Made by a program: the position numbers and the translations under genes | Assembly: GCF_001194135.2 (NCBI RefSeq) | Contig: NC_068987.1 | Location: forward strand, 26,490,445 to 26,554,444 | Length of the DNA: 64,000 nucleotides | Direction: 5' to 3' | Origin: Octopus bimaculoides | Taxonomy: Eukaryota | Notes under the pieces: model-generated | What the model was told of the DNA's origin: nothing | What the model saw: only the letters and a program-made list of their open reading frames with translations | Databases searched by the model: none | Shown here: piece after piece, positions 50,935 to 64,000 of the stretch | How positions within the stretch are numbered: the stretch's first letter is position 1 | Layout: the number at the start of each line of letters is the position of its first letter

Positions 50935-51242
50935 AACATCGTCAGTTACAACGAGGATGGGTCCAGATGATCCGATGAAAAGAATAGCCTGCTTATGAAA
51001 TTAACGTGTAAGTGGCTACGCACTCGACATACGTGCATTCGCTTAACGTAGTTCTCAGGAAGATTCAGCGTGACACACAATGTGCGAAGGCTGGCCCTTT
51101 GAATTACAGGCACAACCCATTTTGCCGTCTGATTGGACTAGAACAACTTGAAATAGAACTAAGGTGTCTTGCTCAAAGACACAGCACGATGCCGTGAATC
51201 AAGCTCAGAAGCTTACAATCGTGAGCGGAATACCCCAACCAT
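50935..51242 (-). mobile_element. SINE, family C
   Basis: Reverse-complement homology to 6272-6580 (GGTGTCTTGCTCAA, GCTGGCCCTTTGAA, CAGCGTGACACA). Confidence 0.72.
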
Positions 51243-51252
51243 ATATTTATCT

Positions 51253-51364
51253 CTGTGTGTGTGTGTGTTTATGTGTGTATGTGTGTGTGTGTGTATGTGT
51301 GTGTGTGTGTGTGTTTATGTGTGTATGTGTGTGTGTGTGTGTATGTGTGTGTGTGTGTGTGTGC
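51253..51364. repeat. (TG)n imperfect array
   Basis: Directly visible. Confidence 0.9.
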
Positions 51365-51532
51365 AAATATATGCAGGTAAAAAAGGCTGCATAATGAAAC
51401 AAGAATGACAGAATATCATTACTGATGAAACCTACCCTATACTGATACCGTTATTCAATTGATAGGAACACGGCTCAAATCAAATGCCTAAGTTCCAGTA
51501 TGAGTAGTTAAGATGACTTCCTTCCATGAAAG

Positions 51533-51533
51533 C

Positions 51534-51608
<75 letters not shown>
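51533..51608. repeat. (ATA)n microsatellite
   Basis: Directly visible. Confidence 0.95.
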
Positions 51609-51721
51609 CAACCGAACTGTAAATATACTTCGAAATTCTCGGATGCTTTACAGAAAGGAACTCTTACCCACTTCTCCAAAGTATAGAAATGAGGTTGTGC
51701 CAATGTATTTGTCGTCATTAG

Positions 51722-51900
51722 ACTTACTAGAAATAACAGTTAAATCTTCATAAAATCACACCTTAATATCGTATAAAAAGGAAGGGCTCATTCGATAAGG
51801 TTGTACTGAAAAAAAAAACAGATGGTCACGACTGAAATACTTTTGATCATAGGTTGAGACAATCATGGTTCGCTTGAGGGTAAACAAAAACAACTTAGAT
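51722..51900 (+). mobile_element. Short dispersed repeat, family D
   Basis: GACTTACTAGAAATAACAGTTAAATC...AATCACACC...GATGGTCACGACTGAAATACTTTTGATCATAGG...AAACAAAAACAAC. Confidence 0.65.
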
Positions 51901-52884
51901 AATGTAGAAAAGTTTCGTATAGCTGTGGAGATAAGCCCTTGAGAACACCATGCGAGCTACTGAATGAAACAAAACATAATTGTTAAATCAAGCACAACAA
52001 CAGAACTCAATAACTGACTGAACAAAGATATTCAACAAAGGTTTTAACATAAAACTCTGATTAGACAAATGCACCATGACAAGAATAGTGAATCGATTTA
52101 AAGTAATCAAACAATGCATATAAAAATCAATAAAGGTATAACGACACCACATGTCGTTAGAAATAGATGGGGAAAAAAACTACGGAAACTGAAGTGGTTT
52201 ATGGTTATAAGTTATGAAGTAACAACTATGACCTCTATTTCATCTCACATGACTATTTTGGTTTTATCTCTAATCTATGTCACACCGACATAAACCACTT
52301 ATAACTTATTCATTAAGGAGATTGTCGTTAATTGATAAATGAATTAATGTCTGTAAACGGTCCTCCCTGTCAATGGAGAAATAAATGACTGCATACAGGC
52401 CAATAAGCTCTGTAAATTAATTAATGGTAAAAACGTGCGTGACAAAATTTTATTATTTGTAATATGCCACAATCTGATGTCTGATATTTCAGTTGACTTG
52501 TCCTTTTCAAATATATACCTTGTTAACTCTCTGATTATTGCTTTCCTTAAATGAATCTGAAGTTCGAAAGATAGGAAGAACAATAGAGAGTTTTGGTGTT
52601 GTATAGAGATGGCATGTAATCGACATTGTGATCGTCTCGAATGAGGAAATTGACAAGCAATAACTAAAATCTAATAAAAAGTTACGGAGATGCATGAATT
52701 ATGATAAATATATCAAAACATTGAATAAATTAACTATCTAATAATCAAAGTATTGAACTGTTGAACTGCTCATTATTAATCACTAATCTGTCTACAAGTA
52801 AATAATCATAAGCATGGTATTTAATTAGCCGCATATAAATTATACCAACAACATATATGAAAATTATTTATGCGGCGTTTCGAC

Positions 52885-53075
52885 TTACTAGAAATAGCAA
52901 TGGAATCTCCCTCAAATTATACCCGACCATCTTAAAAGAAGGAAGGACAAATTTGATAATGTAGTCCAAGGAACTCTATTTTTATAAAATAAAAAAAAAA
53001 CGGATAGTCAAAGTTAGAATGCGTTTGATCATAGGTCTGCTGTTGGGGTTTAACAAAAAAGAACAAACACTGCAA
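52885..53075 (+). mobile_element. Short dispersed repeat, family D
   Basis: GACTTACTAGAAATAGCAATGGAATCTCCCTCAAAT...GATAATGTAGTCC...TTTGATCATAGGTCTGC. Confidence 0.7.
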
Positions 53076-53637
53076 CAACTCAATAAAACAACAACAAAGT
53101 TACAAAGGTAGTAATTACTACAAAGAAAAAAAAACTGGTGAAATCAACGTCCAAAAGACCAAGAAACAAGTTCAAGAATTGATGAACAAATCAATAAAGT
53201 AATAAATCATTAAACAATTAAAGCAGTTTTATATTTGAACAGCAAATCTTTGAAGCAACAGAGGAAACCATCAAACGACATTAATATAAGAGCACAGTAA
53301 ACCAACAGGACAATAAAATATAAATCAACCTAGAGAACTTGAACTATAATTCAAAGAGTCAATCAATGCATTAATAAGTCAATTAACCAATATGTCACAA
53401 ACACATTCACGTGCGCACGCACATACATAAGCGCGCACACACATAAGTTTACGGATAAGTGTAAATTGAAAATGCTGTAGATAAAAATCGTTTGTTGGTG
53501 GGAATATAGTGAAATTAAACCGCAACAAGCTTTTATATGTAACACTATTCTTGGAGTACATCCAGTTATTGCACGCGCCACATTGCGAGTAAATATCAGA
53601 GATGAGTTTTGTTAATATATCGCTTTAGAAAAGTCCA

Positions 53638-53838
53638 GCGAGGTGGCAGAATTGCTAGTAGGCCGGGCAAAATATTTAGTGACCCTCTTTATGTTCTGAG
53701 TTCAAATACCGCCGAGGTCGACTTTGCTTTTCATCCTTTCAGGTTTTACAACAAAATGACCAGTTGACAACACGGTTCAATTAAACCGATTTGCATCCTT
53801 CCCGAGTTTGTTGACTTTGAGCCAAAATTTGAAACCAA
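53638..53838 (+). mobile_element. SINE, family B (near full length)
   Basis: GCGAGGTGGCAGAATTGCTAG...GTTCTGAGTTCAAATACCGCCGAGGTCGACTTTGCTTTTCATCC...AAATTTGAAACCA. Confidence 0.85.
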
Positions 53839-54368
53839 TGTATCTGAAACGGAAATCTACAGAATATATTTCAATCGGCTAAAATTTTATTGATATTCAA
53901 ATTCTCGTTTTTTTTTTTTTGTCAGATAGAAGGGCACAATACTTATTTACGTCTCACGCAAAAGCTGAAATCAAATAAAGAATAAAAGAATAAGATAGAA
54001 TAGAGAGGCCAAGAGTAGAAAGAAGAGGAGACACGAAAACAGAATGTGGGACAAAAGAACTCTGACAAATAAACTAATAATAATGATAAAGTAAAGTTGT
54101 AAAAATACTATATCTGTCTAGTGTTGCCCCCTGTCGGATTCCCTTATACCAAGTGAATTTGCCTTTAGAATTTGAAATATGTCATAAACACATTTTAACT
54201 AACTTAAAGTTCGCATATACATATACATAATGCATACATACACACTTACATGCATGCATACACACATACACACAAACACACATATATACATATATATTAT
54301 GTGCGTGATCATCCTTATTTATATATATACTTATGTATGCATGTATATTTTCATAGATATGCTTATAT

Positions 54369-54432
<64 letters not shown>

Positions 54433-55194
54433 CTATACCCACATACGCATATAGTTATATCTATGTATATATATATTTCTATAAACATAAATATAAGCAC
54501 ATACATGCACTCACACACCCACACATACACGCACACACGATCTAATATAGAAATCAATCAATCAAACTATCTTTTTTCATTCGTTTAAACTGTTTTAAAT
54601 GAAAACCAAACAGGGAATGACATTTGTCCAAAGCCGTCGAGCTTTGACTTGCCAATCGAATTGTCAATATTTATTCAACTCCCCAGGGTATAGTTTATGT
54701 AAAAAATGTAAACAGTATAACTGACGTATACTTAAGCTCTCCCTATAAATTGAAATACACATTTTTCTGTCATTCTACCCTAGGTCTTCTCTGGGCGTAT
54801 GACTAAACACTTTTCGAACAGAGTGTGTATCAGTTATCTTTATACATTTCCCTCCTGTGCTGTACTTCACGTCACTTAGATCTTGGCCGGCCCCAAAAGC
54901 ATATCAGATTTCTTCCCGTTTTAGTCACTACCTATTAATTTATGGAAAAAGGACAATCTCAATAATCTTCCTGCACATTTTCTACAGCCGCAACGTAATC
55001 GGTTTTACGCAGAAGTGTGACTGAATAGATTAAGAAAATGAGAGACAGGGCAGAGAACGAGAGAGACTGTGTGAGAGACTGAACAAAAAACAGCAAGAGA
55101 AAATGAGAGAGTAAGAGAAAGAGAGAGACAGAGAGTTGAAGAAGAGAATCGGCCTCAGTCCTTATTGTCATTTCAAGATGACCTTGTAGAAAAC

Positions 55195-55398
55195 TTTTGG
55201 CTTCAAATTTTGGTCCAGCACCAGCAATTTCATGGCGGAACTAAGTCCATTACATCAACACCAATGCTTAACTGGTACGTATTGTATCGATTCAAACCGA
55301 TGAAAGGCAAAATCGACCGCCGTGTAATTTGAACTCAGAACTGAACAAAATACTGCTAAGCATTGCCGGCGTGATAACGATTTTTCCAGGTCACTTAT
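55195..55398 (-). mobile_element. SINE, family B (first of a tandem pair)
   Basis: GCTTCAAATTTTGG...AACTGGTACGTATTGTATCG...GATGAAAGGCAAAATCGACC...ATTTGAACTCAGAAC. Confidence 0.8.
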
Positions 55399-55409
55399 AG
55401 CCGGAGAAA

Positions 55410-55595
55410 TATTGGTTTCAAATTTTGGCAGAAGACTAGCAATTTTGGGGTAGGGGGTAAATCGGTTACATCGATTCCAGTGTTCAACTGGTACTTATTT
55501 AATTAACCACGAGAGGATAAGAGTTGAAGTTGATCTCGGTAGAACTTGATCTTTGGACGTAAAAACGGACGAAATACCGCTAACATTTTGCCTTA
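55410..55595 (-). mobile_element. SINE, family B (second of a tandem pair)
   Basis: TGGTTTCAAATTTTGGC...CATCGATTCCAGTGTTCAACTGGTACTTATTT...GACGAAATACCGCTAACATTTTGCC. Confidence 0.8.
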
Positions 55596-55699
55596 GAGTT
55601 AGAGAAATAGTGCAACTTCATTTCAATCCAAAATTTCTTCAGTTTCTCTTTTACACTGAATGGTTCGCTAATTTACATTTTGTTGGCATGGATTGTAGG

Positions 55700-56950
55700 A
55701 AGATATTTATTTAAATTTCCAGGAATCTCGAAGAAGTGCGTTGACATTTAAGCAACGAAGCACGTCTAATCCAAGGGTTATTTCGGAATAAGTTTCTGGA
55801 GATTTAGATAATGCTCCAAAGGCACTAATTTCCTCTAGCAACTCTCCTCGTCCACAAAGGAAATTTATTTAACTACTTCTTTCACTTTCTCATGTACTTT
55901 GATAATATTTGTGCTTTATAGATTTAATTTTAAGAAATTTAATACATGAAATAAAAAGGTCACCCATGCTATCGGATTCAGGAAATTTATCTTTAAAAGC
56001 ACTTATGATACCAGTCGCCGATTGAGGTCGTTAATCCCAAAATAATAATGCTTTCAAAATTAAGTATGTTTTAAAATATTTCCTTTTGATAACAATTGCA
56101 ATTCACAATTTCTGATTCTTTGTACAACTCAATAATGATTCTGTTATTCAATCAAGAGTTTATATCATTTATAAATTTCACATTATTGAAGAGTTCAGTT
56201 TAAGAATATGGTCATACTTTTCACAGCTAAAGTTTGTTCTTGATACTAAAATGCCGTGATGCAACTTCTGGTACTATTGATCGAATTTTCTGAAGCATAC
56301 CATTGAACCAACCTACCTCATGGTCCATCGGTATCCAGTCCAACACATTTCCCCAGTAAATATTTGTTCAATGATAAAATCAGTCAGAAGCTCAAACATT
56401 TCTTAAGCCGTTGTTATTCTTGGAAGCAATTTGCAAACCATAAACTCATGTGAATAGTGTCATTGACAACACTAATCACATTAAATTAGAATTATCTGCA
56501 GTGAAGCCCATTAAATTACAATTATCTGTAACGCCTGTGCTCTCATCCACTTGTATTGAAAATAAGTGACTCGTCCGTATCCTAGAAACCACTGATTCTC
56601 CTATATATTTTTTCGCAGGTTTTCAATTTTGTGTTTAACTATTTGCTCTGTAGTAGCATTACAACTAATAAAGACAGTCCCTATTTTCTCAAATTACCAA
56701 GATGTAATTTTCAGTGAAATGAATAGAAGGTTTGTCCTAGTGCTATGCAGTATAATTAACAGTTATCAATTTTGAAACTTTAATGCTAAAACCAAGCTTT
56801 TATTGACTACCTTGGGTAGAGATTGCGGGTTTCAGTTTTATGTGAGATTTTATTTCTATTTAGGAAAAATCTGTTCGTATATTTTAGCATTCAAGATATT
56901 GTGTGTCTAAGCTTCAGTTTTGTTGACTTTTCCATATCTCTTTGATATTT
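55700..56950 (-). pseudogene. hAT (Buster/Charlie-like) transposase relic
   Basis: Minus translation SRIRTSHLFSIQVDESTGVTDNCNLMGF (FSxQxDEST catalytic D), CKLLPRITTA*EMFELL, CVGLDTDG, LLSKGNILK (~RWLSKGxVL), in the canonical order. Confidence 0.82.
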
Positions 56951-58804
56951 AGGCTTCATAAATAATAAATAATTATTAAATATTATAACTACTAGTGGCA
57001 TCAGAACTAAATGTACTTATTTGTCGCAATATTTGCGGGTCCAAAAAGATTTGATCTTATTTTTTCTGAAATTTTCCACATCGTTAAATATGTTACTGAT
57101 AGTTTTACTTCTAGTGATTTGAATGCTTAGTTGAATCGCTGTTGTTTATCCTTGGTCAATTATCTATACCAAAATTGATGCAGAAATTGTAGGGAAAAAT
57201 ATTTATCAGAAAATATATTAGCACAAGCATTGTTTTCATAATAATATATACGAAATCTTGTAGATAATTATCAACAAAAATAATAGTGTTATTTTACGTA
57301 CCCCAATTAACGGTAAATCCAGTATCATGGGTGAGTTTGCAAGAAACAAAATATGTGGTCAAATTTCTAGAATGCCTTTTGTCGTCTCAGTCCTTACACC
57401 ATATGTACTGTTTTACTCTGCTGAAAGCGAGGATTATAAACGCAGTAATCATAACATTTTCGCAAGCGCTCCACATTCAGGAAGACTTCTTAACTGATTA
57501 AAACCAATTTCGTACAGTAGAGCTAAAACTATTTTATACTTTTTTTGTATAATTGGATTATGATATTAATAGTCTCTCAGGACTGGTCTTTTCTTATCTC
57601 CAGATCAATAGTCGGCTGCAGACATAGGCTGTAAATTGTTATTCAGTGTTTTTTCTGATAGTACGATTTAATTTGTGACAAAGTTGCTTTATATTTCTAA
57701 TAAGTAAAACGACAGCACAGGTAATCTGATATTTCGGTGGCTTCTATTAGTATAGAATGGAATATTAGTTTTGGAATCACCCTTATTACATTACTGGTAC
57801 TAAGTTTGTTTTCGATCTGAATCCGTGATTTCAACGTAGAATTTCTGAAAGTCACGAAACTAAATGATCTTGTGCAGCCATCTACCATTTTTGTACTCTC
57901 TCCACAGGTAGTATTCTGTAACTATCGCAAGCATTGGTGGGAGAGTACATTCAATATTTAACTCCAGTACTTGATTTGTTCAATACTTTATGATCTACAG
58001 TAAAATGAAAGGTAAAGTTAACGCTCACGAAAATTGAACATAGAAGGTAAGTGGGCATAAGAAAATAATACATCTGACATTTTGTGAGTGACTTGTATAC
58101 CAATTTGTTTCCAGCTCTTATCTTTGAGCTTTTATACAGAGTCAGTTGACAAAACTATACCATTCCTCGCTACTGATGTGTTTCAGTAAAGTTTTCCATA
58201 TATTACTTGTTTTCTGACTATATATTTACTTGTTTTTTGATTTGTTTTCTGACATAGTTACATTCAACGTATAAATGAGAAGCACTAGCAAGCACAGTGT
58301 AAATTTCGGTTGTGAAATTAGGAATAAAATTGCTGCTTTCCATTTAGAAGGACTTGTGATCAGTTCGTTCGTAAATCACTCACTTATTTTCACAAACAAA
58401 CCGACACAAGTATTCAGATACAAAGCACATATGTGTACACACACGCTGATGTATGCATACACGCACACATACATACCCCCCAGCACACATATATTCATAT
58501 ATGTGTGTATGTATGTAAGTTTGTGTTTATATATACAGAAACACAAATGCATACACACACGCGCACGCGCTCACACATACAAACACACGAGTTTATGGAA
58601 TGAGTATGAAGACGTCATGCTTGCGCTGTGAAATCTTGGATGTATTAATTTGAACAGTTCTTATTTATAATCTATTGTTTCTTTCCAGGTAAACTGAAAT
58701 ATGGCTATACTATTAAACATTGGAAGAGGCATTATGCCAGTAATAAGCACACGCACTGACTGTTTGAAGACTTTCAAAAGTAACTAGTCGTGACTTTTCA
58801 AGAT

Positions 58805-59255
58805 GGTAAGAATTTGGCATCGTAGTGTTGTTATCAAATACATGCAGGAAAACGGTTGAGCGTCCAAGGGCATTCATGCTGACGTAGTTGCTATATTAGA
58901 GCATAACTCTGCAGCTTTATCAACAGTGCAAGAGTGGGCAGCTGTATTTAGGAGAAGAAGGAAAAATGTTGAAAATGACCAAAGACATTGTCGTCCTGCA
59001 ACTGACACCACCGAGGAAATCATTGATCGTGTTCACCATATGGTATTGGATATCAGGCAATTCACTATAAAGGTAAGAGCCAATGCTCATAGCATATCCC
59101 GTGAGACAATTTAGAATATTCTGCACTATGAACTTGGCATGATGGAAGTTGCTACTCAGTAGGTGTCACGTCTTCTGACACCTGATCAGAAGCATACCAG
59201 CCTGATGACATCACGGGAAAAACTGACATTGAGGCAGATCCAGCAGATTTCATTG
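58805..59255 (+). pseudogene. mariner-type transposase N-terminal (HTH) relic
   Basis: LSTVQEWAAVFRRRRKNVENDQRHCRPATDTTEEIIDRVHHMVLDIRQFT...ISRETI*NILHYELGM..V...*VSRLLTPDQK (~WVPRLLT). Confidence 0.88.
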
Positions 59256-59424
59256 ATTTCCTTTGGATAGGATAAGGTGTTAGTGGACACCAGATGCTGG
59301 GCACTTTTTTGTCCGCCATTGATTTTCTGTGCATTTTAGCAATATACATCTATAGAAGAAACTCTCTCGGGACTAACATATATTTGTTAAAATATATCCA
59401 CATTAAGTAGGGTATAAAAATTGA

Positions 59425-59425
<1 letters not shown>

Positions 59426-59506
<81 letters not shown>

Positions 59507-59670
59507 ACTATCTATATATATATATATTTATGTCTGTCTGTCTATCTATCTATCTATATATCTATCTATATACACACAGAAACACAGACACACACATACA
59601 CACACATACAAACACACATACACACACACACACATACACACACACACACACACACGCACACGCACACGCA
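59426..59670. repeat. Compound (TATC)n-(TA)n-(CA)n
   Basis: Directly visible. Confidence 0.92.
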
Positions 59671-59769
59671 CATACACAATATTGTGAGAAGAGGATATGA
59701 TATCCAAGTAGATATCGAATTTCTCAGAGTAAAATGAAGAAAGCTGGCTCCATCTGAGGGTACGTCTTT

Positions 59770-62700
59770 TTGGTGATCTACCTGCAGCTCTCATTCGATA
59801 TTACCGTTTATTTGTTGGCTACTCATAGTGTAAAGAACAATATTAAAATGAAGAGAATGAGGATTTTGAGCATTCAAACTTTCTGTTTATTTCCGGTTAG
59901 AAGTCCGACACGGTTTCCATCGCACCAAAATCATATTGTTGCATATTCATATGCTGCTATTTATGCATTATTGAGGTGATCTTTTCAGGTCAAATAAACT
60001 TGACATCGTTTGAAGAGAAATTTCCCTCCTCAATTAGTTTGAATCAGATTTGCTAGAAGTAGTGAACTCTGAACATTCCTCAATGAGATGTTTTGCTTGA
60101 CTGTTTGTTTGGGTGAAATTCAATAGTATCAGCAGCAGTGATTGCTGAGGTCAACAATTGTTCCTGGTTTGGCTGGGAATGGTTATAGAATACTTATCTT
60201 TTGAATGGTTCTACATACTTTATAATTAAAAGTATATTGATGGAATTCGGAGTTGATTATATCATTTGAACCTTGTGAAGGATATTAATAGTAGTAGTGG
60301 ATAATTTTTAACCTGTAAAAACCACGTGATTAATAAAAATGGTAATGAACAAATTTGTAAACCAAATTCTGGTTATTACAATTCAGCTCTAGAGGAACAG
60401 GGAAAAGGAAAAAATTGAAATTTCGTAAAACTAATAGCATTGAAAATAAATATAATACAACCCAACTTAACCAGGTAACTAATGCTAATAATAGGAAAGT
60501 TAATTGTGATAACAAAACTGAATACCATGGAAATACCATTTATTCCAAAATACCAAAACTTAATACCATGGAAAATATAGTCGATGAGAATATTACAAAT
60601 AGGATACGGTTAAGGATTATAATAAACATATAAGTAAAAGATTTAACCATGAGCAAAATACAACATTCTAATTATGTTAAAAGCTATAACAAAGACTTTA
60701 ACAATCGACTAATCAACTACTAAAAATACAAACACAATAAAATTAAACACAAAAACTTTAACACAATGAAAAGCAAAATTAAAACATTCACTCCAACCTT
60801 AAACAATAATGGCAGTCTAAACCATAATTTGAAAAGCTGTTCTAAAGCTATGGACTGGAAGATAATACCTTTCGCTAAGCAAGTTACATCAAAAATACCT
60901 AGAATATTTTACGAAGCACTGAACGAATTTTTTCCGGTAACGAATAAAATACCATTAGTTATTTAATAAAAGAAAAATCAGAAACACATTCTCTTCACTC
61001 TAAAACTTTAGTTCAGATTATAGCTGCCCACAACGTCGAACGAATTACGAAAGAACAGAACAATAACATTAGTAAGGTAAATAATAATGAAAACCAAAGT
61101 AAAGAATCTAATAATAATACTAATTATAAAAAGGATAATATGATTAATCCAAATCCTATTGAAAACACCACTAAGAAAATAAATAATGATCAAAGAGAAA
61201 CCATTCAACTAGACAATTCTATATATTCTATGACTAATAAACAAACACACGAGAAAGAATAGTGAATTTTATGAAAACAATAATAATGTAGATAATCAGC
61301 TAAAACATAAAGCAGACAGAAACATTATTTAATTTACTAGCAAAAACGTAAATAACTCTATACACGTAAAATGTGATTGCTCTAAGAGAACGCAATGTAA
61401 ATTCAAAGTGAACTGTAAAGCAAGAAATGTCGTCTATAGATGTATAGTAGTAACTGATAAAAATAAATATTACTATATCTTTGCTACCGCTTGCTTTATA
61501 AAACAAAGGATAGCAAATTATGGAAGTTCGTGTAGAAATAATACTCAAAGATTTTCAACAGATCTTAGTAAACTCATGGTCGCTAAAGGATGAAAATATT
61601 AAATATTCATTAAAATAGGAAATCATTAGTACTGCGAAACCTTATAAAATTGGGGACGAAAGATGCATTGTGTGCCTGCAGGAATTATACCAAATATTTA
61701 CTTCCGAACATAAATTAGTTAACACTAGACAAGAAGGAAGTTTTAATTGCTTAAACAAACATTTTATTTTCAAAAAGCTTAAATAATAGAATGCATTAAT
61801 TTATGTAATATCTATAAACCTTCTTTCTAAACCTAACTATAACAACTATATTATTAAGACATATATTAAGAAAATAAGAATTAGATCAAATGTATAGGAC
61901 TTTATTATATATAATTTGAACTAAATACACTTTGAAGCATAAAGTGAAAAGTAATTAGGTAGAAGAATTGAAAGCAATCTGACTCGTTTTTTTTTTTATA
62001 ATCACGTGGTTATGGTTGATTAGAAATTATCCATACTACTATTAATAACGTTCACGAAATTCAAATAATACAATCAACTGTGAATTCCATCAAGATGCCT
62101 TGTGATTATAAATATGTAGATTATAAATATGTATAAGTATGTAGACACATTCCAAAAATAAGTATTCTCTAAATAACCATTCCCAGCCTAACCAGGAACA
62201 TATGTTGACCGCAGCAATCACTGCTGCTGATGCTACTGAATTTCACCCAAACAAACAGTCGAAGAAAACATCTCATTGAGGAATGTTCAGACTTCACTAC
62301 TGCTACCAAATCTAATTCAAACTAATTGAGGAGGAAAATTTCTCTTCAAACGAAGTCAAGTTTCTTTGCCCTGAAAACATCGACTCAATAATGCATAAAT
62401 CATAAATCGCAGCATATGAATATGCAACAATATGCTTTTGGTGCGATGGAAACACGTGTCGGACTTTCATTGTAACTGGAAATAAACAAAAATTTTGAAT
62501 GCTTAAATTATATNNNNNNNNNNNNNNNNNNNNNNNNNNNNNNNNNNNNNNNNNNNNNNNNNNNNNNNNNNNNNNNNNNNNNNNNNNNNNNNNNNNNNNN
62601 NNNNNNNNNNNNNNNNNNNNNNNNNNNNNNNNNNNNNNNNNNNNNNNNNNNNNNNNNNNNNNNNNNNNNNNNNNNNNNNNNNNNNNNNNNNNNNNNNNNN

Positions 62701-62790
62701 NNNNNNNNNNNNNNNNNNNNNNNNNTATATATATATATATATGTATGTATATAATTTCTAATATTGAAGGTCAGCTCGGTGATACCGCCA
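59770..62790 (+). mobile_element. Fold-back Penelope-like element: RT-less GIY-YIG region between long inverted arms
   Basis: Arms 59868-60339 and 61994-62503 are reverse complements (a 119-bp core block differs at about 9 positions). A further inverted match 59772-59803 vs 62759-62789 lies beyond the gap. The internal + strand encodes PLE post-RT and GIY-YIG motifs. Confidence 0.8.
60341..61775 (+). pseudogene. Penelope-like linker plus GIY-YIG endonuclease (disrupted), with Asn-rich inserts
   Basis: GNEQICKPNSGYYNSALEEQG (~post-thumb YN.AL..SG); WKIIPFAKQVTSKIPRIFYEALNEFFP (~WFNPPF..V.T.I.K.F..L...FP); FNKRKIRNTFSS..AAHN; CDC....CKFKVNCKARNVVY...YYIFAT..IKQRIANYGSS....STDLSK; YSLK*EII..AKPY..G..RCIVCLQE.....VNTRQE. 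Confidence 0.82.
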
Positions 62791-63439
62791 TCATGTACAA
62801 ACAATATTTAGAGTGAAATAAGTATTTTGTTAACGTAAATACGGATTTGTACTCAAGTTCTGTACAATCACAAATGGTTGACTGAATAGACAGGAGTCAT
62901 GAAGGTTCCACATGGGTACAAACGCTCCACCTATTGCACCCAATAAACTCCAGATCAAAGCGAAATGCGGGTTTCAGGTTAGGTGGATGATAAACAAAAA
63001 AAAACAATTCCTGTGTTATATATTTATACACAAACACACACACACACACTCACATACATATGCATAAATAACATCCATACATCAAACACACACACACATA
63101 CGCATACACATACATGTTACTTATCATTTAACGACGCCCATGTAATTACTTAGGCTTTCATAAACAGACAAGAATTTGCCTTACTTTTCACACTAACTGA
63201 AGAATTAAGGTCGTAACAACATTCAGTTTGAAAGATGTTTTGTTTTCTTGCTTCTGGGTACCAAATAAGCATGACAGGTAACTTGATGGATGTTGGAGAG
63301 CTGTGTTACTACGCTGTTTGCGATTGTATTTTTGGATACAGGGGATGTATTTATACCAATGTTAGCTTTCAATTGTAGAGAAGGCAACTCAATAATTCTA
63401 CCTGGTGGTGGCGCAATATCATTTTATGTGCTGTTATTG

Positions 63440-63610
63440 TACAGTGCAAGAAAACTGTACAGGGCAAGTGTGGGGAGCCAAATTAAAGTGACGAAGGAAG
63501 AATATTGAAGATGACCAAAGAACTGGACATACTGCAGCAGTCAACACTGAAGAAAACATTGATCGTTCTCATCACATGGTGTTGGATAACAGGCAATTGA
63601 CTGTAAAGTG
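63440..63610 (+). pseudogene. Short mariner transposase relic (same family as 58805-59255)
   Basis: RRKNIEDDQRTGHTAAVNTEENIDRSHHMVLDNRQLTVK. Confidence 0.8.
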
Positions 63611-64000
63611 TTGTTATTTGTCGAGTTAGAAAGACACTCAGCTTATCTTGATCTGTTGTTCACCACCAAACGCTACCATTAACAAACCATAACTTTGCAT
63701 AGACTTAATATCATTCCCTTATGCAAATCCACATAAATATACAACCTTCATCTTTGAAACATATATAGAGATATATTTATATACATATACATATTGTGTG
63801 CGCATATATATGTGGGTGTATTCCTGTATGGTGTGTGTGTATGAAAGTATAAGTATAAGAAAAGAAGGTAAAATGATCACGGTATTCCACTAAATGGGAC
63901 AAAAAAAAAACAACAAATAATATCTGGTCATTTTTTAAATCTTTGTTTTTAAAAGAATTCTTAAATTAATATAACACAAACAGGCATGCGATATTTTATA

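Noticed and set aside
62446-62463. GGAAAC-ACGT-GTC-GGA half-hammerhead in the right arm of the fold-back element (ACCGTGTC variant in the left arm)
   Set aside because: No upstream CTGANGA or stem I partner in either arm; at most a decayed half-site.

Overview
AT-rich eukaryotic (animal) non-coding DNA from a gapped short-read scaffold. Most N-gaps abut microsatellites. The SINE families and the very dense (TA)n/(CA)n/(TATC)n/(TAA)n microsatellites look like a coleoid cephalopod, most likely Octopus (inference from memory, not a search). I could not support any host protein-coding exon, tRNA, rRNA or CRISPR array; all long ORFs in the track are N-gap or microsatellite artefacts or transposon relics. 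The window is a transposon graveyard. It holds three tRNA-type SINE families (called A, B, C here), a fourth short dispersed repeat (D), a jockey/I-like LINE RT relic, two R4/Dong-like non-LTR elements (one sitting between (TAA)n arrays), and a Gypsy RNase H relic. It also holds Tc1, mariner and hAT transposase relics, two TA-flanked MITEs, and several Penelope-like (PLE) GIY-YIG relics with decayed hammerhead ribozyme motifs. The most notable structure is a ~3 kb fold-back unit at ~59.8-62.8 kb: an RT-less PLE GIY-YIG region with Asn-rich inserts between ~470-510 bp inverted arms. All protein and family assignments come from manual translation and remembered motifs; boundaries of decayed elements are approximate.
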